A stretch of DNA of 64,000 nucleotides, taken from Candidatus Latescibacterota bacterium (GTDB taxonomy: Bacteria > Latescibacterota > UBA2968). Made by a program: the position numbers and the translations under genes. Of this stretch, positions 1-9,302 are shown piece after piece (within the stretch, counting starts at the first letter, position 1; every line of letters starts with the position of its first letter). Below the pieces are notes generated by a model. That model was not told the origin of the DNA. It searched no databases and saw only the letters and a program-made list of their open reading frames with translations. Location: NCBI GenBank assembly GCA_965198115.1, contig OZ240241.1, positions 6,624,001-6,688,000 on the forward strand. The letters run 5' to 3'.

Positions 1-46
1 GTGAATCGAAAGATCGATAAGCGTTGATTTGTAGGACTAGTTCCTA

Positions 47-1213
47 CTGTCACGTCCCGCGTATAAGCTTCAAAAGTTTATGGACTTTCTCGAGGATTGA
101 ATCTGCCGTGGCGGTCCAGACGAAGGGTGTAGAATTCTCGTTGTAGTGATCAGTGAATTTCTTGATGCAGGCGATCAGGTCCTTGACGCTTCTGAAGGTG
201 CCTCGTCGAATGGCTCTTTGGGTGATGATACCGAACCAGATCTCTACCTGGTTCAGCCAGGAGGCATATGTTGGTGTGTAGTGCACGTGATATCGTTTCC
301 GTGAGGCGAGCCAACGCTTGACGTTCGGGTGCTTGTGCGTGCCGTAATTATCGACGACCAGATGGATGTCGAGATCCTTTGGGACGTTCTTGTCGATGTG
401 CTTGAGGAACTGAAGGAACTCTTTGTTGCGGTGTCTGGGCTTGCACTGAGTCAGAACTTTGCCGGATGCGATGTTGAGCGCTGCAAAGAGGGTGGTCGTG
501 CCGTTCCGGATATAGCTGTGAGTGACGCCCTCGACGTATCCGAGACCCAAAGGAAGAATCGGTTGTGTCCGTTCGAGTGCTTGAATCTGGCTCTTCTCGT
601 CTACACAGAGCACCATCGCGTTGTCCGGTGGGTTCAGGTATAGACCGACGATATCCCTGACTTTCTCGACGAAGAAGGGATCGTTCGACAGTTTGAAGTG
701 CTTCTGTCGATGCGGTTGCAGTCCAAAAGCTTTCCATACACGTTGAACCGAGGACTTGGAGAGCCCCGTCTCGTCGGCCATCGAACGACAGGTCCCAGTG
801 GGTGGCACCCTTCGGTTGCTTCTTGAGCGTCTTGTAGATGAGGGAGGAGATCTCTTCGTCGCTGACCGACCGTGGCCCTCCAGGACGCAATTCGTCATAC
901 AGTCCCATCAAGCCTTGCTCGCAGAAGCGACGACGCCACTTGCCGACAGACGCTCCGGACAACCCGACTCGTTCCGCGATCTCCTGATTGGTCAGACCGC
1001 AATCGCTCATCAAGACGATCTTCGCGCGACGCACCAAAGCGTGAGACATGCTACGCGAACGAGACAATGACTCGAGTTGATCGTGGACCTCATCACTGAT
1101 GTTCAGTGGCTGTAACGGACGACCTCTAGCCATCGGTTCCTCCCAAGAATGAGTGCTTGAGGAACCATACGACAGAATCGAATGTTTTTCTAGTTATTCC
1201 TGGGACGTGACAC
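47..1213 (-). mobile_element. IS630-family insertion sequence
   Basis: Imperfect terminal IRs (CTGTCACGTCCC.. at 47; reverse complement GTGTCACGTCCC.. ending 1213), TA on both flanks (45-46, 1214-1215), encloses a DDE transposase. Confidence 0.92.
50..1133 (-). pseudogene. IS630 transposase, frameshifted
   Basis: N-terminal HTH part (..PKGATHW, ORF 348-1133) joins the DDE part (TCRSMA..VDEKSQIQAL..DNYGTH..WLNQVEIWF, ORF 50-898) if one extra G at 794-796 is removed. Confidence 0.88.
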
Positions 1214-1227
1214 TACAAGTACGTTCA

Positions 1228-1255
1228 ATTATACGATGTATAGTTAAGTATACAT
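1228..1255 (-). promoter_or_regulatory. -10 box plus palindromic operator candidate
   Basis: Minus-strand TATAAT at 1228-1233; near-perfect palindrome ATGTATAGTTAAGTATACAT at 1236-1255. Confidence 0.45.
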
Positions 1256-1480
1256 ATTTGCTTGCGTTTCCCCCCAAATCCATCCTTCTTGAAATAGATG
1301 AAGGGATCAGATACGTCAAGAATCGTTCTGGCCGATCCCGAGCCGAAAAATGCCGGGGGAGGTCGAGAGCAGAAGGCGAGGTGGATCGAGGGTGTGGCCA
1401 GAAGATGAATGGTTCTGGTCCCCCGGCCGTGTAAGTTATGCAGTTGACCAGACTTCTTGGCTTGCCTACAAAGGGTTCAG

Positions 1481-1515
1481 TGACCATTGACAAATGACAC
1501 GTGACCAGTGACCAG
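1481..1515 (+). repeat. TGACCAN heptamer tandem array (5 units)
   Basis: TGACCAT TGACAAA TGACACG TGACCAG TGACCAG. Confidence 0.85.
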
Positions 1516-1551
1516 AGTCAGAGGCTAAACCCAAACAGAGACGAACGACGG

Positions 1552-3273
1552 ATGAGACTATCATCTCTATTCACACAGACGTATCGCGAGGCGCCTGCTG
1601 AAGCGGAGCTGGTGAGTCATCAACTGGCGATGCGAGCGGGTCTGATCCGACCGCTTGCAGCGGGCATTTTCAGTTTTCTGCCACTCGGGTTCCGGGTGAA
1701 GCAAAAGATCGAGCAGATCCTTCGGGAGGAGATGCAGGCCATCGATTGCGCGGAGATCGTGATGCCGGTGGTGCATCCTTCGGATATTTGGGAAGCGAGC
1801 GGACGGTGGTCGGACGTCGGGGCGGAAATGCTGCGTATGAAGGACCGGGCCGGGCGGGATATGTGTCTGGCGATGACGCACGAAGAGGTGATGGCGGACC
1901 TCGCGAGGCATTTCATTCACAGCTACCGCCAGCTGCCGACGAGTGTGTTTCAGATTCAGACGAAGTTTCGGGACGAGCCACGCAGCCGAGGGGGTCTGAT
2001 TCGGGTGCGCGAGTTCACGATGAAGGACGCCTACAGCTTCAGTGCTGATCAGGCCGGTCTCGACAAGGTCTACGACGATATGTTCAAGGCCTACCTGATG
2101 GTGTTCAACCGGGCGGGCCTGGGCGACGACATCCGGGTCGTGGAGAGCGATACAGGGATGATGGGTGGGACCGGCGCCCACGAATTCATGTTTCTCAACG
2201 AGGCGGGTGAGGACACGCTGATCGAGTGCGACAGCTGCGGATACAAGGCGAACCGTCAGGTCGCGACCCACAAGAGGGAGCCGGTAGAACCCGCGGATCC
2301 ACTTCCGCTGGAGGAGATCGCCACGCCGGACACCACGACGATCGATGATCTCTGCAAGCTGCTCGGCGTGGGACCCCAGCAGACGGCCAAAGCCGTCTTT
2401 CACATGGCGCAGATCGAAGGAGAAGACCGGTTTGTGTTCGCGGTTGTCCGTGGCGACCACGAATTGAACGAGACGAAACTGACGAACGCTGTGAAGGCGA
2501 CCGAAATGCGGCCGGCGACGGAGGACGAGATCAAAGCCATTGGCTCCGAAGCGGGTTATGGGTCACCGATCGGCGTGAAAGACGATGTGTTGATCGTCGT
2601 GGATCCTGCGATTTCTGAGGGAGCCAATTTCATTGCGGGCGCCAACAAAGATGGGTTTCACGTGCGGAATGTGAATGCGGGTCGGGACTTCGAACCAGCT
2701 ATCGTGACGGATCTGGTGGCGGTGGAAGCCGGCATGCCTTGTCCCCACTGCGGCACGGCGCTGACGACGACGCGCGGCATCGAGGTCGGAAACATTTTCA
2801 AGTTGGGTACGAAGTACACGGATGCCATCGGTGCGTCGGTTTTGGATGAGAACGGCAAGGCGGTGCCGATCATCATGGGCAGCTACGGAATCGGCGTCGA
2901 TCGCCTCCTGGCCTGTATCATCGAATCTCATCACGACGAGAACGGGATTGTCTGGCCGATGGGTGTTGCCCCGTTCGCCGTACATATCGTCGTGCTGGCG
3001 GGCAAGAAGCCGCAGGGCGAGATCGAGGCTGCGGAAAAGTTGACCACGGAGTTGGAAGACGGTGATGTCGATGTCTTGATCGACGATCGTGATGAGCGCG
3101 CGGGTGTGAAGTTCAACGACGCGGATCTGATCGGATGTCCGATCCGGATTACGGTAGGCTCCCGTGGGCTACAGAACGGGACCGTGGAGGTGAAGCGGAG
3201 GGATGCGGAGGAGAAAGAGGATGTGAGTTTGGATGAAGTTGTGGCACACGTGAGAGGACTATTAGGAAATTAG
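1552..3273 (+). CDS. proS: Proline--tRNA ligase (with editing domain)
   Basis: MRLSSLFTQTYRE start, LAMTHEE, FRDEPRSRGGLIRVREFTMKD, GIEVGNIFKLG, MGSYGIG, C-terminal anticodon-binding domain. Confidence 0.97.
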   Translation: MRLSSLFTQTYREAPAEAELVSHQLAMRAGLIRPLAAGIFSFLPLGFRVKQKIEQILREEMQAIDCAEIVMPVVHPSDIWEASGRWSDVGAEMLRMKDRAGRDMCLAMTHEEVMADLARHFIHSYRQLPTSVFQIQTKFRDEPRSRGGLIRVREFTMKDAYSFSADQAGLDKVYDDMFKAYLMVFNRAGLGDDIRVVESDTGMMGGTGAHEFMFLNEAGEDTLIECDSCGYKANRQVATHKREPVEPADPLPLEEIATPDTTTIDDLCKLLGVGPQQTAKAVFHMAQIEGEDRFVFAVVRGDHELNETKLTNAVKATEMRPATEDEIKAIGSEAGYGSPIGVKDDVLIVVDPAISEGANFIAGANKDGFHVRNVNAGRDFEPAIVTDLVAVEAGMPCPHCGTALTTTRGIEVGNIFKLGTKYTDAIGASVLDENGKAVPIIMGSYGIGVDRLLACIIESHHDENGIVWPMGVAPFAVHIVVLAGKKPQGEIEAAEKLTTELEDGDVDVLIDDRDERAGVKFNDADLIGCPIRITVGSRGLQNGTVEVKRRDAEEKEDVSLDEVVAHVRGLLGN

Positions 3274-3296
3274 GGAATTATGAAATTGGGGAATTG
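3265..3296 (+). repeat. GGGAATTA octamer tandem array
   Basis: GGAAATTA GGGAATTA TGAAATTG GGGAATTG, overlapping the proS stop. Confidence 0.8.
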
Positions 3297-3345
3297 GCGG
3301 AACAATGCGGTTTTCCCGATCCCTCCATTCTAGCGGCGGTGCAAA

Positions 3346-3807
3346 ATGAGTGTTGAGGCAAGACTCGAAGAGCTTGGTTTGACGTTGCCCGAGCTGGCCA
3401 CGCCTGCCGGCGCGTATGTGCCGGGGAAGCGAACGGGGAATTTGATCTATGTGGCAGGACAGCTACCGCTGCGGGATGGCAATCTGATCTGTATGGGGAA
3501 AGTAGGTTCTGACGTGACGGTGGAAGAGGCTTACGAAGCCGCCAAACAGTGCGCTCTGAACGGACTCGCCGTGTTGAAGAGCGTGACAGGCTCATTGGAT
3601 GACATTGCACAGCTCGTGCGTGTGGAGGGATTCGTGGCGTCGGCGGATGGGTTCACGGACCAAGCGAAGGTGGTCAATGGCGCGTCAGAACTGTTCGCGG
3701 CGGTGTTCGGCGATGCGGGGAGTCACGCACGGTTCGCGGTGGGTACGAACGAGTTGCCGTTGGGGGCGAGCGTGGAGGTGGCGTTGATAGCTGAAGCGAA
3801 GACGTAA
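3346..3807 (+). CDS. RidA/YjgF family protein
   Basis: PAGAYVP, YVAGQLP, VNGASEL, HARFAVG motifs. Confidence 0.93.
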   Translation: MSVEARLEELGLTLPELATPAGAYVPGKRTGNLIYVAGQLPLRDGNLICMGKVGSDVTVEEAYEAAKQCALNGLAVLKSVTGSLDDIAQLVRVEGFVASADGFTDQAKVVNGASELFAAVFGDAGSHARFAVGTNELPLGASVEVALIAEAKT

Positions 3808-3839
3808 GCCGTTGTCCGTTATCCGGCGAACCAGTCAAT

Positions 3840-3880
3840 GAGGCCGCCTCGTGTGATTGGGGCGGCCTTCTTTGTTCTTC
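3840..3880 (+). terminator. Intrinsic terminator
   Basis: GAGGCCGCCTC/GGGGCGGCCTT stem followed by T-rich tail. Confidence 0.75.
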
Positions 3881-4080
3881 TGTTATGGTCTTCGACGACT
3901 AGGAATTCTTGATTCCTTCTTGGCCAAGGACGCTTGTTTCGGTTGCGCGTCATCACTGGCCGAATTGCTACGCGCAACCGGGCATTCCCGACTCAGATAG
4001 TCGGTCCTGCGTTGCCACGCCTGCTCGCCCCGTCTGCCTGCCGTAACTCGCAGAGCGAAGGCTGGTCTCCCGCTCTCTCC

Positions 4081-4898
4081 TCATCCGCTCTGCTCTTCCT
4101 CTGTCTCGATCTGCATACTACGCCAGCGATCGTAGTGGACGTGCATTCTGTTTGGCAGAAACTCGCGAACATTGTCGGCGAGCATCCACCGCAAACGCTT
4201 GTCTACTTCTTTGGGCTCGTCGTCGTCGCTGTGTTTGGACCAGGATGCGACGATGCTCAAGCGCTCGACGTCCTTCTTCATAACCCCACGATGGATCGTG
4301 TAACCGTGCCAGAAGAGGGTCTGGCCCTTCTTGAGATACATGATTTTCTGGCCGGGGATGTCGGCGTGGCGGGTCTCGGTCAGGCACTCGCATTCATACT
4401 CCGTTCGGTAACGACGATGACTGCCGGGAACGAGCTGGAGACATTCGTCGTCTTCTAGGGCGAGATGCCATTTGACGGAGGTCTGCGACTGGTTGAGGAC
4501 GGCGAGCTCCTCTTCTTCGCTGGCGTTGCGTGGATGCTGTCCGAAATCACGATGCCACCCGAAGCTCCAGTCCTGATCACGAGGGTTCGTAAACACCAGG
4601 ACCGCGCCCAGTCGAAGCTCCTCGCCCAGTGTGGCGTGTACGTAAGGCATGACTTCGTCACACATCGTGTAGTCGGCGAAGATGCCTTCGTTGAATTCGG
4701 GCGCAAACAGACCTCGGATGGCCCATGGTTCGTCCGTGTCGGTGCGGTGCGTGAAGATTTCAACGTCCTTGGCCCGCACTTTCTCGTAGACGCGTCGCGA
4801 GGCACGCTCGAGATCGGCCACCATCACTTTGGGCGTGGCGTCGTCGGCGTAGAAGTAGCCGTATTGGTCGAAATGTTCGTGTTGTTCATCTCTGTCAT
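4081..4898 (-). CDS. PhyH-family Fe(II)/2-oxoglutarate dioxygenase
   Basis: FDQYGY, WHRD, LVPGSH, TIHRG, distal R. The likely ATG at 4898 is out of frame by an extra GA (ATGACAGAGATGAA); removing it gives MTDEQHEHF. Confidence 0.85.
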
Positions 4899-4924
4899 GG
4901 CTGACGCGCTCCAGAAGCTTGGGA

Positions 4925-4988
4925 ACCACGGACCACACGGAATACACGGAAGGGGTAGTGAGTCGGAACACCGAGGCCCTGGCGGGGA
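4925..4988 (+). repeat. 9-mer ACACGGAAT array + spacer + GGCCCTGGCGGGGA
   Basis: CCACGGACC ACACGGAAT ACACGGAAG, then motif at 4975-4988. Confidence 0.7.
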
Positions 4989-5046
4989 GAAGATAGAGAT
5001 AGTCTCAGAAAGAGGACGTGCTGATCAGCTTTTGGCAATGGGGCCG

Positions 5047-6762
5047 TCAGGGGTGGCTGTAGAGGCCGCCGGTGCGTTCGTAGTTGACGCGGGCTTCGCC
5101 GTCGACGATGTCGAGTCTCGGTACGTTGCCGCGTCGATTGTCGCGGTCGGGGCCACGCATGACGGCGAGTTGTTCGTCGGTCATGCCCTCGATTTCGGGG
5201 CCCCAGCGATTCTCGGCTTGACACATGTCGCCGCCACTCCGGTTGAAGTTCCTGGACGAGTATTTGATGAGGATGCTTCTGCGGGAGATTTCGCTGTGCC
5301 AGGCGAGTGCGCCGTGGGTCTGGGCACCGTCCATGAAGAAGAGGACGTCGCCGGCTTTGAAAGTCGGGTGCGCGACGAGGTCCATATGGTCGTCGCAGGA
5401 ACGGACATCGGGCGGCAAGGGATACTGTGCTTTGTGGCTGCCCGGCACGCAGGCGAATCCACCATCCTCGTCGGTGACGTCCCGCAGCTGCCAGGCGACG
5501 GTGATGGCCTCGCAGTAGCTTCGTCCGTTTTTGAACACGTAGGACCGGGACGGGTTGAGTGGTTCGTTCGAGTCGTGCAGGGAGTGTCCGGTTGAACCCT
5601 TGACGGAGAGAAAGCCGGTGGGACCCCCACAGCGAAATCCGCTTCCGCCCATCCACGTGAGTCGATGCATTACGGCCGGGTGGCCGACCATTCGGCGGAA
5701 GGGCTCGCAATAGGGCTTTGGCAGTTCCATCAGCGCGCCAAGGAGCGGGCGGCCGGTCCCTGCGAGGCTCTTGGAACCGCGTGCGAGCTCGTCGCCGACG
5801 ACGATTCGATCGGAGAATTCATCGATGGCCTCATTGGCAAGATCCACATCCTCATTGGACATGATGTTCCGGATGACAAGGTAACCGGTGAGATCCCAGA
5901 AGTAGAACTCTTTTAGGTCGATACCGCCGGGGTCGAGGCGGTAGATGCCAGGATGGTGAAGTTCGCGACGATCCGCGACCTGAGTCGCCTCGCCATTGCC
6001 GACGATGGCCGGTGGCGGTGTGGTGCTACGGTAGCCCGGTAGGTAAGTGGCTGCGCGTTCGACGTCGGTCAATTCGCGCTTCCATTCGGGAGTGGGGTCG
6101 GACTGCACCATCGCACCCGTGCCGGCCGAGTCGATTACGCCTCGAGCTGCGAATCCGTAGTCGAGGAGGCGCATCCCACCCGCACCCTTCCAGCCCCTGA
6201 ACCCGCGCAAGACCGTATCAGCGAGCAGAAGAAGATCACCCTTTTCGAGCACGAGCTGTTTAACCAGGTCCATTTCGTCGTCCCTCATACGCAGGTCCTC
6301 GGGCGTTTCCACGTTCTCTTTGTGGGAACAGGGCACGACGACGAGACCTCCATCGCCGGGGCTGACATCTTCCAGCACCCAGATTGCCCGGACGAGTTGG
6401 CACTGGCGAACATCATTCTGGTGGAAATAGGCGCGTGACTGGTCACGAGGCTCGTCACCCCCCTCCAGAGGCTCGGCTTTAACCGCTTCTGCCTCGGTCA
6501 ATAGCCACGGTAGCTGTTCCAGCCTGAAACCCGAGCCACAGATCTGGTTGAGTTAGGAGACAAGAACAGGATGAACGAGGAGATCGCGGAATGGTTCCCG
6601 GTTGTCCTTCGGCCAGGCCAACATTCCCTTGACCTCGGACCGTGTGTCGAGCGCAGTGTTGAGCGCATCGACTTCGCCCGATTTGAGGACGCCCTTCAGG
6701 ATCAAGTAGCCCGCCACGTCGAACGCGTAGTTTTCCTCGTTGGTCATGATTTCGTTATCCAC
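5047..6762 (-). pseudogene. Tandem two-domain PhyH-family dioxygenase with in-frame TAA
   Basis: ORFs 6553-6762 and 5047-6501 are in the same frame (..HPVLVS*LNQICGSGFRL..). Two repeats: YAFDVAGYL..VPCSHK and YFWDLTGYL..VPGSHK. Confidence 0.82.
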
Positions 6763-6840
6763 GGCATTGCCTCCTGCGTGAAAGTCAATCCAGATCCAGA
6801 TCGAGGCGAATGTAGGTCGCAGACACGAGCTGTCAAAACG

Positions 6841-7620
6841 CTACGCGAGGAGACCTTCCTCGATCATCTGTTCGAGGATGATGGCGACGCCATCGTCGTC
6901 GTTGGCAAGCGCAATCCGGTCGGCGACCGCTTTGATCTCCTCGTGTCCATTTTCCATGGCGATGCCGACGGCCGCGCGTTCGATCATGTCGCGGTCGCTG
7001 AGGTCATCGCCGATTGCGATAACGTTATCGAAGGATTCGGCCCACACATCGAGGACAATGCCGATGCCCGCGGCCTTGTTGACGTCTCGTGCCATGATCA
7101 TCGCGATCACCCCGTCGGCCACGACGCATCGCACCTCATCGGGGAGCCCTGCGAGAATCGGCTTCGGATCGTCGATACGTGTCAAGTCGAGTATGATCTT
7201 GACGGGCGATCCGTCGAGTGGTGCGGCGAGGTCGACGACGGTGTGCTCGAGAGGCATCCCGTGGTACGGAGTTAGAGGCTGATTCGCGTAAAGATGATCA
7301 TCGATTTCGTAGGAGATGGGAGCGCCGACAGGCGCTCTCGTGGCGAGTGTGGTGAGGATGTGTTGGGCCGTCGCCACAGGGATCGTCCTGTCGTGAATCC
7401 GGTTGCCATCGACTACGACGAGCGCCCCCGTATAGTAGATGCGGGGAGCTTGGGGAAGACGGTTGCCGAGGAGTTCTTCCGTTGTCCGAGGCGGGCGCGC
7501 AGTGGCGACAACGACTCGGTGACCCCGTCTCTGTACGGTGTCGAGCGCCCGATCGGTTCGTTCGGAGATGGTCTTGTCGGAGCGGAGGAGGGTGCCGTCG
7601 AGGTCGAACGCGATGATCAT
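6841..7620 (-). CDS. Cof-type HAD-IIB hydrolase
   Basis: FDLDGTLL, ATAR, VNKAAG, IGDDLSD, AMENG motifs. Confidence 0.93.
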   Translation of the reverse strand: MIIAFDLDGTLLRSDKTISERTDRALDTVQRRGHRVVVATARPPRTTEELLGNRLPQAPRIYYTGALVVVDGNRIHDRTIPVATAQHILTTLATRAPVGAPISYEIDDHLYANQPLTPYHGMPLEHTVVDLAAPLDGSPVKIILDLTRIDDPKPILAGLPDEVRCVVADGVIAMIMARDVNKAAGIGIVLDVWAESFDNVIAIGDDLSDRDMIERAAVGIAMENGHEEIKAVADRIALANDDDGVAIILEQMIEEGLLA

Positions 7621-7653
7621 CGAGGATCGAGAATCGAGGATTGAATATTGGAT
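7619..7653 (+). repeat. ATCGAGN heptamer tandem array
   Basis: ATCGAGG ATCGAGA ATCGAGG ATTGAAT ATTGGAT. Confidence 0.75.
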
Positions 7654-7663
7654 ACCCTTACGC

Positions 7664-7692
7664 AAAAGTCCCCTCCCAAGGTGGAAGGGGAC
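7664..7692 (-). terminator. Intrinsic terminator after infA
   Basis: Minus strand GTCCCCTTCC-loop-GGGAGGGGAC-TTTT. Confidence 0.7.
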
Positions 7693-7717
7693 CGCAAGGA
7701 GAGGCTCTCAGGATCGT

Positions 7718-8008
7718 TCAGCGTCGTCGTCGTCGTCCGCCACGGGGGCGGTTGTTGCGAGGACCGCGTGGGCCGCCCGGCCGTGGATCGCCGGCGTCGC
7801 GGTAGGTAATTCGGCCGCGGTTGAGGTCGTAGGGTGACGTCTCGATGGTTACTTTATCGCCCACGACGATGCGAATGTTGAATCTTCGCATCTTTCCCGA
7901 TGTATAGCCAAGAATCTGATGCCCGCCTTCGATTTCGACCATGTACTGCCCGTCGGGCAGGATGTCGACAACCGATCCTTCAAGTACGACCTTTTCCTCT
8001 TTCGCCAT
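7718..8008 (-). CDS. infA: Translation initiation factor IF-1 with Arg/Gly/Pro-rich tail
   Basis: [35 protein letters not shown]; GGAGG RBS. Confidence 0.95.
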   Translation of the reverse strand: MAKEEKVVLEGSVVDILPDGQYMVEIEGGHQILGYTSGKMRRFNIRIVVGDKVTIETSPYDLNRGRITYRDAGDPRPGGPRGPRNNRPRGGRRRRR

Positions 8009-8087
8009 GCAGCCTCCGAGCGAGGTGAAACTCATCCCGAACGCTTAAGGGTCACACATTGCTCTTTTATTGTCAAGCACTTATGAG

Positions 8088-8122
8088 TGACCATTGACAG
8101 ATGACCAGTGACCAGTGACCAA
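8088..8122 (+). repeat. TGACCAN heptamer tandem array (5 units)
   Basis: TGACCAT TGACAGA TGACCAG TGACCAG TGACCAA. Confidence 0.85.
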
Positions 8123-8289
8123 AGAAGAGCGGGGATCCCTGCACGTCAGAAGTATTGCTTTAGGGGGTCGGAAAGACGCCGATACATGGAAGGAGGTGTG
8201 GAATCGGCACAACGGGCGCCGATACGCGCGTCAACCCGCCCGACCAATGGGGCCCTTCGGGGTGGTCGAGCGTCACAAAGGGGTGGATC

Positions 8290-9302
8290 ATGCAGATCGC
8301 ATCGGCGGACGTGCGCCTTTCGGCGTCGCATTTTTCGGAAACAGTCTACTCCCGGCAAGAAACGTTGACGACCGGGACGGTGTCCGGCGTGGACGGATCG
8401 TTGAGATCCGGTCAGGTCGCGACACGTTCTCAAGAGCAGGCCGACCCTTTTAGGCAGGGCACGGACCTGCTCGATTTGTTTCAGGGCGGTCAGGATCTCA
8501 CGACGCGCGAAGATGTGGCGGTGGAAAACCTGGTGGCGAGTGAGAGTGCGGCTGCCGTGCGTCCGAGCCTGCTTGAGATGGTGAGGGCTCGTTTGAAAGA
8601 GCTGGTCCAAACGACTGGCCTGACGGATCCGCTCGAGGCTCTGAAGATGACGCCGCAAGATCAGATGCGAATGGATATGATTGCGGCCGTCGTGGAGCGG
8701 TTCACGGGAAAACGGATCCAGCTGATGGATCCGGAAGCATTCCTCGAAGCGCGTGAACAAAGCCTGGCCGATGTGGCCGAGCAGGCTGCGGCGTTGTCCG
8801 ACGCCCAGACGGCGGGCGACGGTGTGGGGACCGAGGTGTATGGAATTGACTACCAGCTCGTGGAATCGTATCGGGAATCCGAGACGACCACGTTTGAAGC
8901 CGAGGGTCAGATCGAAACATTGGACGGTCAGTCCATATCTGTCGACATCTCGGTGACGATGAGTCGGAGTTTCGCGATCGAGCAGCGTGTTTCATACTCG
9001 GAAGGGGCTGATGTGACCGATCCGCTCGTGATCAACTTCAACGGGACGGCGGCGGAGTTGACGGAGCGGTCCTTTGAATTCGATATCGATTCCGACGGTC
9101 AGACGGACCAAATTGCGACGCCAGGCACGAACAGTGGTTTTCTGGCGCTAGACCAGAATGGCGATGGATCGATCAACGATGGATCCGAACTGTTCGGGCC
9201 GACGACGGGTGACGGTTTCGCTGAACTGGCCGCCTATGACGAGGATGGCAACGGCTTTGTGGATTCGGGCGATTCGATCTTCGACCAGCTGCGCATTTAT
9301 AT
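8290..9302 (+). pseudogene. Conserved hypothetical acidic protein with EF-hand-like DxDxDG loops, truncated by ISL3
   Basis: DPLVINFNG, FDIDSDG, FLALDQNGDGSINDGSELFG, YDEDGNG. The frame runs into the IS IR at 9303 (ORF stop at 9342 is inside the IS). Confidence 0.75.

Noticed and set aside
794-796. Programmed frameshift in the first IS630
   Set aside because: No slippery heptamer; a single extra G in a GGG run is better explained by mutation or sequencing error
1260-1551. T-box riboswitch upstream of proS
   Set aside because: No GGTGG.ACCGCG T-box or terminator before the start codon
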